NCBI GenBank assembly: GCA_045644045.1
Contig: JAZRGD010000052.1
Span: 1-56,516 of the forward strand
DNA: 56,516 bases
Direction: 5' to 3'
Origin: Eubacteriales bacterium
GTDB taxonomy: Bacteria > Bacillota > Clostridia > Oscillospirales > CAG-272
Positions 26,982 through 34,852 of the stretch are shown piece by piece. How positions within the stretch are numbered: the first letter of the stretch is position 1; every line of letters starts with the position of its first letter. Made by a program: the position numbers and the translations under genes. The notes beneath the pieces are model-generated. The model was not told where the DNA came from. It saw only the letters and a program-made list of their open reading frames with translations, and did not search any database.

Positions 26982-28013
26982 TTATACTTCTAAAAGTAGC
27001 TTCATGGCTTTTCCTGCCTCTAAGTCGGCAAATGCGGATTTCCACTCGGTAAGAGGTCTTACCCCAATCATGGGAGACACCCGCAGTCTTCCGCTTGCCA
27101 TCAGGGAAAGCGCGATATTCCAGCCATTATAGCTGGAGCTCATGTTAAACTGTACATCAATGACCTTCATCATGGCCTCATTCCAGGGGATCTCCACCGT
27201 GGGAGCGGCCGTCATGCCAATGGCGCACATCCGTCCCCATTTGCGAAGCACGCGGATGCCCGTACGAATGGCGCTTCCCGCGCCCGATGCCTCGACCACG
27301 AGGTCAGCGCCAATCGCGGTTTCCTGCATGATGCGTGCCACGGCATCTTCCTTGAGTACGTCGATGAATACGTCGTAGCAGTCCAGCTCGTCAGCGATCT
27401 TCAAACGGTAATCGATGTCACTCGTGCAACCGCAAAGAATGATCTTTCCCGCTCCTGAGATGCGCGCCATCTGTGCGGCAAGCAGGGCAATCGGACCTAC
27501 CCCCATAATGACGACGTTATCGCCGGGAGTTACGTGTGCGCGTTCAAGGAGCTGATGCGCCACGATGGCCGCAGGCTCTGCCATGGCGGCCTCCCGCAGA
27601 GAAAGCCCCTCGGGTACCTTATGTAACAGCTTTTCGGGCATAACCACGTAGGTGGTGAAGCAACCGTCAATGCCCCAGCCGATAGAGCGCTTGTCTAAGC
27701 AGTTCTGAATGTGACCGTTGCGGCAGAGATAGCACTTGCCGCAGGCCTTGTTGTGGGGCTCGCCTACCACGGCGTCGCCCTTTTTGTAGAGGGTCACTTT
27801 GTCCCCCACCGCCTCCACTATGCCCGAAAACTCGTGTCCTAAGATCACGGGAGGGTAGTAGGTGAATTGATCGTGGAGAATATGGATGTCCGTGCCGCAA
27901 ATGCCGCCAAAGGCTACACGCACCAGCACCTCGTCCTCCCCATAGGTGGGAATCGGGCGTTCCTCAAGGGAAACGAAGCCCTCCCCTTTTTCTGCCTTTA
28001 CCAAAGCCAACAT
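26982..28013 (-). CDS. Zinc-dependent alcohol/polyol dehydrogenase (MDR family)
   Basis: ORF 26982..28202 trimmed to ATG 28013, downstream of GGAGG. 'GICGTDIHIL', 'GHEFSGIVEAVG', 'CGKCYLCRNG' and 'VIMGVGPIA'. Confidence 0.85.
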   Translation of the reverse strand: MLALVKAEKGEGFVSLEERPIPTYGEDEVLVRVAFGGICGTDIHILHDQFTYYPPVILGHEFSGIVEAVGDKVTLYKKGDAVVGEPHNKACGKCYLCRNGHIQNCLDKRSIGWGIDGCFTTYVVMPEKLLHKVPEGLSLREAAMAEPAAIVAHQLLERAHVTPGDNVVIMGVGPIALLAAQMARISGAGKIILCGCTSDIDYRLKIADELDCYDVFIDVLKEDAVARIMQETAIGADLVVEASGAGSAIRTGIRVLRKWGRMCAIGMTAAPTVEIPWNEAMMKVIDVQFNMSSSYNGWNIALSLMASGRLRVSPMIGVRPLTEWKSAFADLEAGKAMKLLLEV

Positions 28014-28164
28014 TTTCGCTTGCCTCCGCTTTTTTTCGTTTCTGTCTTTACTTTTTCTTTTTTGTGTGTTATAATGTAGCAAATTAATTATATCACGACA
28101 AAAACAATAATAATATGAGTATCTAACCAAGAAACATAACATTTGCATCACTTGCGGAGGAAAT

Positions 28165-28998
28165 ATGATATATTTGCCCACCCTCAAGCCCTTGCTTGGC
28201 AATCAGGACGACATTTATACCGAAATCAACTACGACAAGCGCTTTACCACATTGGATGATGTGACGCGCGACGAGGAGCATATTCACGATTTTTATGAGA
28301 TCTATATCAATCTAAGTGGTGATGTTTCCTTTTTGGTGGAGGATCACGTGTATCCCATTGGCAGAGGCGACGTGATTGTCACCGCGCCAAACGAGATCCA
28401 TCGCTGTCTCTATCACAGCGATTGCTTGCACGAGCATTTTTGTATTTGGATCAGAGAGTTTTCCTTTGTTACGGATCTCTTGCGGAGACGGTTTTACAAA
28501 AGCAACCGCTTGGTGCTGCCTGAAAGCGAGAAGGATGCCGTGATCGCCGCCTGTTTCTCACTGCATCGCGCGCGGAACGGAGAGGATGCCCTCAGCTTCA
28601 GCGCGGCGAAAAGCTTTTTTGAGATATTGGAGACGCTTTGCGCGAGTCGCCCCGAGACGGATGAGACACAAAGCTTACCCCAGAGCTTTTCACGCGTAAT
28701 CGCCTACATCTCGCAGCATTACACCGAGTCCGCTTGTACGGTGACGCGCATTTGCGAAAACTTTTATATCTCAAAGAGCACCCTCTGTCGCCATTTTCAT
28801 CGTTATTTTCAAACCTCACCCTCGGATTATATTGAGGCCAAACGCTTTTCTACGGCCAAAAAACTGTTGGGAGCAGGACAATCGGTGCAAAGTGCTTGCT
28901 TTGGTAGCGGTTTTTCGGATTGCTCTCATTTTATCATGCGCTTTCGTAAAAAATTTGGGGTCACGCCGTATAAGTACCAAAAGGAGTTTTTGAAATAG
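28165..28998 (+). CDS. AraC-family transcriptional regulator (cupin sensor plus HTH)
   Basis: Divergent from the dehydrogenase operon. The C-terminal 'CTVTRICENFYISKSTLCRHF...GFSDCSHFIMRFRKKFGVTPYKY' is an AraC HTH pair. Confidence 0.85.
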   Translation: MIYLPTLKPLLGNQDDIYTEINYDKRFTTLDDVTRDEEHIHDFYEIYINLSGDVSFLVEDHVYPIGRGDVIVTAPNEIHRCLYHSDCLHEHFCIWIREFSFVTDLLRRRFYKSNRLVLPESEKDAVIAACFSLHRARNGEDALSFSAAKSFFEILETLCASRPETDETQSLPQSFSRVIAYISQHYTESACTVTRICENFYISKSTLCRHFHRYFQTSPSDYIEAKRFSTAKKLLGAGQSVQSACFGSGFSDCSHFIMRFRKKFGVTPYKYQKEFLK

Positions 28999-29089
28999 TC
29001 ATTTACGCTTTCTTCGCAAGAATGACGCGGAATTCATATAAACTCATCGGTTTGCCATATATTTATTGCTTTTTTCATGATATGATAGA

Positions 29090-29126
29090 GGCTAAGGGAC
29101 AAAAGCTTCCCTTAGCCTGTTTTTTG
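29090..29126 (+). terminator. Intrinsic terminator of the AraC gene
   Basis: Stem GGCTAAGGGA (29090-29099) / TCCCTTAGCC (29108-29117), followed by TGTTTTTT. Confidence 0.7.
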
Positions 29127-29212
29127 CGAGGAGAAAATGAAGTAATATATCGGCGTTGTGCCTGCTGTGAGCTACGGCGCGGGTAACCGTCCTCCCAAAG
29201 TGGATTGAGGCG

Positions 29213-29260
29213 CGTCAAAAATAAAACGCGGCCGTTCCCCAAAAAAGGAACGGCCGCGTT
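29213..29260 (-). terminator. Intrinsic terminator of the symporter gene
   Basis: 14-bp stem AACGCGGCCGTTCC (29225-29238) / GGAACGGCCGCGTT (29247-29260), followed on the minus strand by TTTATTTTT. Confidence 0.75.
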
Positions 29261-29283
29261 GGGTTGCTGTTAAACTTGTGAGG

Positions 29284-30885
29284 TTATTCCGCATCCTCGG
29301 CGTGATTGAGGGCGTCGGTGGCGTTTACTAACACCTTCTTCTCGTAGCAAGAGAAGATGGCGTCTACCTCGGAAGCGTCCTGCTTCTTGGTGAACAGGCT
29401 GACGATGGGAACGAGAATGAGACCACCCACCATAGCGAACACGCCGGAGTAGAGAGAGTTGGTAAAGACGAAGCCGAGGAATCCGCCGGGCATGGGGATG
29501 ACCTTCAGCATAATGAGAAGCTGGACAAGCTCAAGTCCTACACCGTACACAAAGCTGGTGGCAACGGCGGCGCGGGTGGTCTTTTTGCTGTACAGACCGT
29601 AGAGGAAGGGTGCGAGGAAAGCACCTGCTAAAGCACCCCAGGATACGCCCATCATCTGCGCGATGAAGGTAAAGCCGGGGAAGGCGTCCTTAATGATGGC
29701 AATGACGGCGGAGACCGCGATAAAGAAGACGATGAAAAGACGCATGATAAGGAGAGAGTTCTTTTCCGTTCTCTTTTCCTTCTTGACGAAGGGCATGATC
29801 ACGTCCAAGGTCAAGGTGGAGGCAGAGGTCAAAACGAGAGAGGAAAGGGTGGACATCGAGGCTGCCAGCACCAGCATAATGACTACGGCGATGATCATGT
29901 CGGGCAGGGTGGAGAGCATGGTGGGAATGATCGCGTCGTAAATGGGAGTTTCGCCCAGCACGTGCATATACAGACGGCCAAAGCCACCGATAAAGTAGCA
30001 ACCGCCCGCTACGATGATGGCAAACACGGTGGAGATGATGGTGCCCTTACGGATGGCATCCTCATTCTTGATGGAGTAGAATTTTCCTACCATCTGCGGC
30101 AAGCCCCAGGTGCCGAGGGACGTCAACATAACGACAAAGAAAAGGTAGAGAGGCTGTGCGCCGAAGAAGGAGGTGAAAGCGCCTTCCGCGCCCACGGTGG
30201 GGGCATATTGAGATTCTACCTGAGAGAGCTGACGGATGGCCTCGCTGAGACCGCCATGAGATGCGAGCAGGGTTGCGATCACGGCAATGATGCCGCCGAG
30301 CATAATGATTCCTTGGATGAAGTCGTTGATGGCGGTGGCCATATAGCCGCCGTAGATCACGTAAACGCCCGTCAAGACCGCCATCACCAGGATGCAGACC
30401 CAGTAGGGAACAGAGAAGGCGATATTAAACAGACTGGATAAACCGTTGTAGAGGGAAGCGGTGTAGGGAATGAGAAACACGAAAACGATAAAGGATGCCG
30501 CTACCTTCAGCTTTTCCGAGCCGAAGCGCTTGGAGAAAAAGTCGGGCATGGTCTTACTGCCGATGTGCTGGGTCATCAGACGGGTGCGGCGGCCCAGCAC
30601 ACTCCATGCAAGCAGAGAGCCGATGAAGGCGTTGCCGAGACCGATCCAAGTGGAGGCGAGACCGAAATTCCAACCAAACTGTCCCGCGTATCCCACGAAG
30701 ATCACGGCGGAAAAGTATGAGGTGCCAAAGGCAAAGGCGGTGAGCCAAGGGCCGACGCTTCTGCCGCCGAGAACGAAGCCGTTGACGTCGGTGGCGTTGC
30801 GGCGGCAATAGAGGCCCACGCCGATCATCAGACCGAAGAAGCATACGAGAAGAATTGCGGTGAGAACGATTGCAGAGGTTGCCAT
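29284..30885 (-). CDS. Sodium:solute symporter (SSS) family transporter; predicted tyrosine-related substrate from the T-box
   Basis: ORF 29284..30975 trimmed to ATG 30885. The extension would run through the T-box terminator. 'GGRSVGPWLTAFAFGTSYFSAVIFVGYAG' is SSS-like. About 13 TM helices. Confidence 0.85.
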   Translation of the reverse strand: MATSAIVLTAILLVCFFGLMIGVGLYCRRNATDVNGFVLGGRSVGPWLTAFAFGTSYFSAVIFVGYAGQFGWNFGLASTWIGLGNAFIGSLLAWSVLGRRTRLMTQHIGSKTMPDFFSKRFGSEKLKVAASFIVFVFLIPYTASLYNGLSSLFNIAFSVPYWVCILVMAVLTGVYVIYGGYMATAINDFIQGIIMLGGIIAVIATLLASHGGLSEAIRQLSQVESQYAPTVGAEGAFTSFFGAQPLYLFFVVMLTSLGTWGLPQMVGKFYSIKNEDAIRKGTIISTVFAIIVAGGCYFIGGFGRLYMHVLGETPIYDAIIPTMLSTLPDMIIAVVIMLVLAASMSTLSSLVLTSASTLTLDVIMPFVKKEKRTEKNSLLIMRLFIVFFIAVSAVIAIIKDAFPGFTFIAQMMGVSWGALAGAFLAPFLYGLYSKKTTRAAVATSFVYGVGLELVQLLIMLKVIPMPGGFLGFVFTNSLYSGVFAMVGGLILVPIVSLFTKKQDASEVDAIFSCYEKKVLVNATDALNHAEDAE

Positions 30886-30920
30886 TGTGAAAAAGTCCTT
30901 TCTTTCTTTGACGTGAGGAC

Positions 30921-31197
30921 AAACAAAAATCCGTCCTCCAAATAACAGAGGACGGATGGAAATCCGTGGTACCACCTCGGTTCATCGCTTCCTTACGGAA
31001 AACGACCTTAGAAGGCACGGAGACGGGTCTCTTATGCCTCGGCGCGTTAACGGGCGCACCCGTACATACCTGACACTGTGTGTTTTCGGCAGTCAGCTCG
31101 CGAAATGTATTCGCCGTGTCCGTTCCTTCCGTCTCTCACCAACCGACGGCTCTCTGTGCGTTCGGGACACGCCTACTTGTTCTCGGTCATCGCTTTA
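30921..31197 (-). promoter_or_regulatory. T-box leader (tRNA-sensing riboswitch), specifier UAC (Tyr)
   Basis: On the minus strand, Stem I runs GCGATGA...AGTA...GTGTCC...AGAGAG...GGTGAGA...GGACAC...GAA-TAC-A...GCGAGC. The T-box sequence GAGGTGGTACCACGG lies at about 30978-30964. The terminator TCCGTCCTC / GAGGACGGA (30956-30930) is followed by TTTTT. Confidence 0.8.
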
Positions 31198-31204
31198 TGG
31201 TGCT

Positions 31205-31233
31205 ATCATAGCACAGTTTTTTGGGTTTGTCAA
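31205..31233 (-). promoter_or_regulatory. Sigma-A promoter driving the T-box leader
   Basis: On the minus strand: TTGACA (31233-31228), a 17-nt spacer, then TATGAT (31210-31205), immediately upstream of Stem I. Confidence 0.7.
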
Positions 31234-31286
31234 CCCCGTTTTTGAAATTTTTTTGGAAAACTCTCACAAGATTTTCGGAAAAGCCC

Positions 31287-31315
31287 TTGTATTGAGGGGG
31301 AAACTATGCTATACT
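31287..31315 (+). promoter_or_regulatory. Probable promoter of the sufC-like operon
   Basis: TTGTAT (31287-31292), a 17-nt spacer, then an extended -10 TGcTATACT (31307-31315). Confidence 0.5.
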
Positions 31316-31363
31316 AATTTAGAATATGAAAGGGGCGGTGCGCCGCCCGATGAAAGGAATGTC

Positions 31364-32092
31364 ATGTTAGAGCTTGTCAACGTTTCCTTCTCTGTGGAGG
31401 AGGATGGAAAAAAGAAGGAGATCGTGAGGGATGTGAGTCTCTCCCTGCCCGATGGCTTCGTGGCCTTAACGGGTCCCAACGGCGGCGGAAAGTCCACCCT
31501 TGCCAAGCTGATCGCGGGGATCTATACTCCCACGAGCGGCAAAATATACCTTGACGGTGAGGATATTACCGACCTCTCCGTTACCGAGCGCGCAAGGAAG
31601 GGGGTCAGCTACGCCTTTCAGCAGCCCGTCCGCTTCAAGGGCATCACGGTCAACGACCTGATCACCTTAGCCGCAGGCAGAAAGCTGACGGTGACGGAGG
31701 CCTGTGCCTATCTCTCCGAGGTAGGGCTTTGCGCCAGAGATTACATCAAGCGCGAGGTCAACGCCAGCCTGTCGGGCGGCGAGCTGAAGCGCATCGAGAT
31801 CGCCACCGTTCTCGCGCGCGGCACCAAGTTCACGGTGTTTGATGAGCCCGAGGCGGGTATCGACCTTTGGAGCTTCAGCAATCTGATCTCCGTGTTCGAG
31901 AAAATGCACGAAAAGCGCAAGGGCACCATTCTTATTATTTCTCATCAAGAGCGAATTTTGAACATTGCCGACACCATCGCCGTCATCGCGGGCGGTACTG
32001 TGGATAAGATCGGCACGAGGGACGAGATCCTGCCCGCCCTTCTCGGCGCGGCCGGAGGCTTCTGCGGCACCCTCATGGACAAGATGTCCTGA
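31364..32092 (+). CDS. sufC: SufC-like Fe-S cluster assembly ABC ATPase
   Basis: ORF 30956..32092 trimmed to ATG 31364, downstream of GAAAGGAA. Walker A 'GPNGGGKST', signature 'LSGGELKR', Walker B 'FTVFDEPEAGIDL' and 'IISHQERIL'. Confidence 0.8.
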   Translation: MLELVNVSFSVEEDGKKKEIVRDVSLSLPDGFVALTGPNGGGKSTLAKLIAGIYTPTSGKIYLDGEDITDLSVTERARKGVSYAFQQPVRFKGITVNDLITLAAGRKLTVTEACAYLSEVGLCARDYIKREVNASLSGGELKRIEIATVLARGTKFTVFDEPEAGIDLWSFSNLISVFEKMHEKRKGTILIISHQERILNIADTIAVIAGGTVDKIGTRDEILPALLGAAGGFCGTLMDKMS

Positions 32093-32108
32093 TACAAGGA
32101 GAACGACA

Positions 32109-33029
32109 ATGGACGCAATACAGAAAAGCTTATTGGAAGCGGTGGCAGACCTCCACGAGGTACCGAGTGGCGCCTACAACATTCGCGCCAACGGCAAAAG
32201 CGTGGGGAGAAATACCTCCGCCAATATTGATATTCGCCCCCGTGAGGACGGACAGGACGGCATCGACATCGTCATTCGTCCGGGCACGAAAAAGGAAAGC
32301 GTGCATATGCCCGTGCTTCTCAGCGAGGCGGGTCTCACGGAAATGGTGTACAACGACTTTTACGTGGGGGATGACGCCGACGTGGTCATCGTAGCCGGTT
32401 GCGGCATTCACAACGGCGGCGACAAGGATTCGCGCCACGACGGCATCCACACCTTCCATATTGGAAAAAATGCCCGTCTGCGCTACGTGGAGAAGCATTA
32501 CGGCGCGGGCGACGGAAACGGCAAGCGGCTTATGAATCCCACCACCGTTATCGAGATCGACGAGGGCGGTCACATGGAAATGGAAACGGTACAGATCAAG
32601 GGTGTGGATTCCACCGAGCGCGTCACAAGCGTGACCCTCGCCGCGCGTGCCTCCATCGTCATTAAAGAGAGCCTGATGACTCACGGAGAGCAATACGCCA
32701 AGACCGATTTTACCGTAGACCTGAACGGCGAGGACTCCTCCGCCAACTTGATCTCTCGATCGGTTGCCAAGGATAAGTCCCGTCAAGTATTCGTTTCGCG
32801 CATCAACGGAAACGCCAAGTGCAGCGGCCACAGTGAGTGCGATGCCATCATTATGGACGAGGCTACTGTCAGCGCTATTCCCGAGGTCACCGCCAACTCT
32901 CTCGACGCCGCCCTCATCCACGAGGCCGCCATCGGCAAGATCGCGGGCGAGCAGCTGATCAAGCTGATGTCTCTCGGTCTGACCGAGGCTGAGGCGGAGG
33001 AGCAGATCGTCAACGGCTTCTTGAAATAA
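32109..33029 (+). CDS. SufB/SufD-family Fe-S assembly protein
   Basis: ATG 32109 follows AAGGAGAA. A repetitive beta-helix-like core and the C-terminal 'ALIHEAAIGKIAGEQLIKLMSLGLTEAEAEEQIVNGFL' are typical of SufB/D. Confidence 0.75.
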   Translation: MDAIQKSLLEAVADLHEVPSGAYNIRANGKSVGRNTSANIDIRPREDGQDGIDIVIRPGTKKESVHMPVLLSEAGLTEMVYNDFYVGDDADVVIVAGCGIHNGGDKDSRHDGIHTFHIGKNARLRYVEKHYGAGDGNGKRLMNPTTVIEIDEGGHMEMETVQIKGVDSTERVTSVTLAARASIVIKESLMTHGEQYAKTDFTVDLNGEDSSANLISRSVAKDKSRQVFVSRINGNAKCSGHSECDAIIMDEATVSAIPEVTANSLDAALIHEAAIGKIAGEQLIKLMSLGLTEAEAEEQIVNGFLK

Positions 33030-33061
33030 TTTAAAGTATTACGAAAAGGAGGAACTGTTTT

Positions 33062-34723
33062 ATGCGCATCCTCCTTTTTTCTTTGAATTCTCGCTACATA
33101 CACGTGACCCCCGCCCCCTACGCCTTAAAGGCGGGGGTGCTTGCCTATTCTCACTATCCTCACGAGGTCACCGTGATCGACAAAACGGTCAATGACGACG
33201 AAAAAGCCCTCGCCGACCTCCTGCGTGACGTCGAGGCTGACCTCTACGCCTTTCCCGTCTATATCTGGAACGTCTCTCTCGTGGAGAAGCTCGTTCCGCT
33301 TGTGAAAGCGGCACACCCCCGCGCCCGTATTCTTCTCGGCGGTCCCGAGGTGTCCTACGATGCGGCGCGTTTCCTTGCCCGTCTGCCTGAGGTGGACTTT
33401 ATCCTAAGTGGAGAAGGAGAGTATCCCTTTGCCCGTCTTGCCGACCTGTTAGAGGATGGCGGAGACCCTGCCACGGTAGAAGGCTGCTCCTTCCGTAGGA
33501 AAGACGGAAATTTGCATCTTTCCGCCCCCTTCATAGGGACGGATACGCCCCCAAGCCCCCTTTCGGCGGGCTATGCCGAGGCACTCGGCGGGCGCATTGC
33601 CTATCTTGAGGCCTCACGCGGCTGTCCCTTCTCCTGCGCCTTTTGTTTGTCGGGACGGGCGGGCGGTGTGCGCTTTTTTGACCTTGACGGGGTGAAAAAA
33701 GACATCCTTGCTTTTGTAAAGGGCGGCAGTAAAACGGTAAAATTTGTGGACCGTACCTTCAACGCCGACCGCGCGAGGGCACGCGAGATGTTTTCCTTTC
33801 TGCTTGCGGAAAGAGGAAAAGGGATCCCAAAGGACGCTTGCTTTCATTTTGAGATAGCGGGAGAGCTTTTGGATGAGGAGACGCTTGGCCTCCTCGCGGA
33901 CGTGCCAAAGGGCTACTTTCAAATGGAGATCGGACTCCAAACCTTCCATCGGCCTACCCTTCGCGCCATTCACCGCTCCGACCGTACCGATGCGCTTTGC
34001 GCCGCCGTGCGCCGCCTCTTGGCGAAAGAGAACGTTCATACGCATCTTGACTTGATTGCGGGCTTGCCCGAGGAGGGGCTTGCCGATTTTCAGCAAAGCT
34101 TTGACAAGGCCTTCGCTCTCCGCCCCCATATGCTGCAGCTTGGCTTTTTGAAGCTGCTTCGCGGCGCGCCTCTGCGCGAAAACAGGGAAGCGTATCCTTG
34201 CGTCTTCGCGGAATCGCCGCCCTATACCGTCCTTTCTACCCCTTGCCTCTCCGAAGCGGAGCTTGCCGTCATTCGTTCGGCGGAAATGGGGTGCGACCGC
34301 CTCTACAACAACCGCCGCTATGTAAGAACGGTGGAGGCAATGCTGAAAACGGGAAAGGTCACCCCCTTCTCCCTCTTCGCCTTGGCGGGTGACGCCTTGA
34401 AGAAGCTCCCCGACGGCTATACGCTGAACGATGAAGCAAAAGCCGTTTTTGACGTTTTCGTTCCTTATTTATCGGCAGATTGCTTGGCGGACGCCATGAA
34501 AGAGGACTTTGTAAGAAGCAATTCCTCTTGCCGCATTCCTCCCGTGCTGAGAGACGACAGCGAGGCCTATCGCGCCAAAGCGCGCGAGATCGACAGGCTT
34601 TATCCGCCGCGCGCGGGTGTTCGCCGCTCACTCGTCTTGCTCTCCACGGGCGAAGCCCTCTTGACCGAATACGGCGAAAAAGACCCCGTCACTCACCTCT
34701 ACGATACCCGCCGATTGCTTTAA
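33062..34723 (+). CDS. B12-binding-domain radical SAM protein (DUF4080-type C-terminus)
   Basis: N-terminal Rossmann-like B12 domain. The radical-SAM cluster is 'SRGCPFSCAFCLSG'. Long C-terminal extension. Confidence 0.8.
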   Translation: MRILLFSLNSRYIHVTPAPYALKAGVLAYSHYPHEVTVIDKTVNDDEKALADLLRDVEADLYAFPVYIWNVSLVEKLVPLVKAAHPRARILLGGPEVSYDAARFLARLPEVDFILSGEGEYPFARLADLLEDGGDPATVEGCSFRRKDGNLHLSAPFIGTDTPPSPLSAGYAEALGGRIAYLEASRGCPFSCAFCLSGRAGGVRFFDLDGVKKDILAFVKGGSKTVKFVDRTFNADRARAREMFSFLLAERGKGIPKDACFHFEIAGELLDEETLGLLADVPKGYFQMEIGLQTFHRPTLRAIHRSDRTDALCAAVRRLLAKENVHTHLDLIAGLPEEGLADFQQSFDKAFALRPHMLQLGFLKLLRGAPLRENREAYPCVFAESPPYTVLSTPCLSEAELAVIRSAEMGCDRLYNNRRYVRTVEAMLKTGKVTPFSLFALAGDALKKLPDGYTLNDEAKAVFDVFVPYLSADCLADAMKEDFVRSNSSCRIPPVLRDDSEAYRAKAREIDRLYPPRAGVRRSLVLLSTGEALLTEYGEKDPVTHLYDTRRLL

Positions 34724-34782
34724 AATAGAAATGCGTCGGATCCGCGCGCCGATGATATGCCAAGGTTGCGGCTTGGAGAAAC

Positions 34783-34822
34783 AAAAAAGAGAACCTTTGT
34801 TTGCCAAAGGTTCTCTTTTTTG
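34783..34822. terminator. Bidirectional intrinsic terminator between convergent genes
   Basis: Stem AGAGAACCTTT (34788-34798) / AAAGGTTCTCT (34806-34816), flanked by an A-run and a T-run. Confidence 0.75.
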
Positions 34823-34852
34823 CATTCACAATAATTGATAAGAAGAGCGTGA

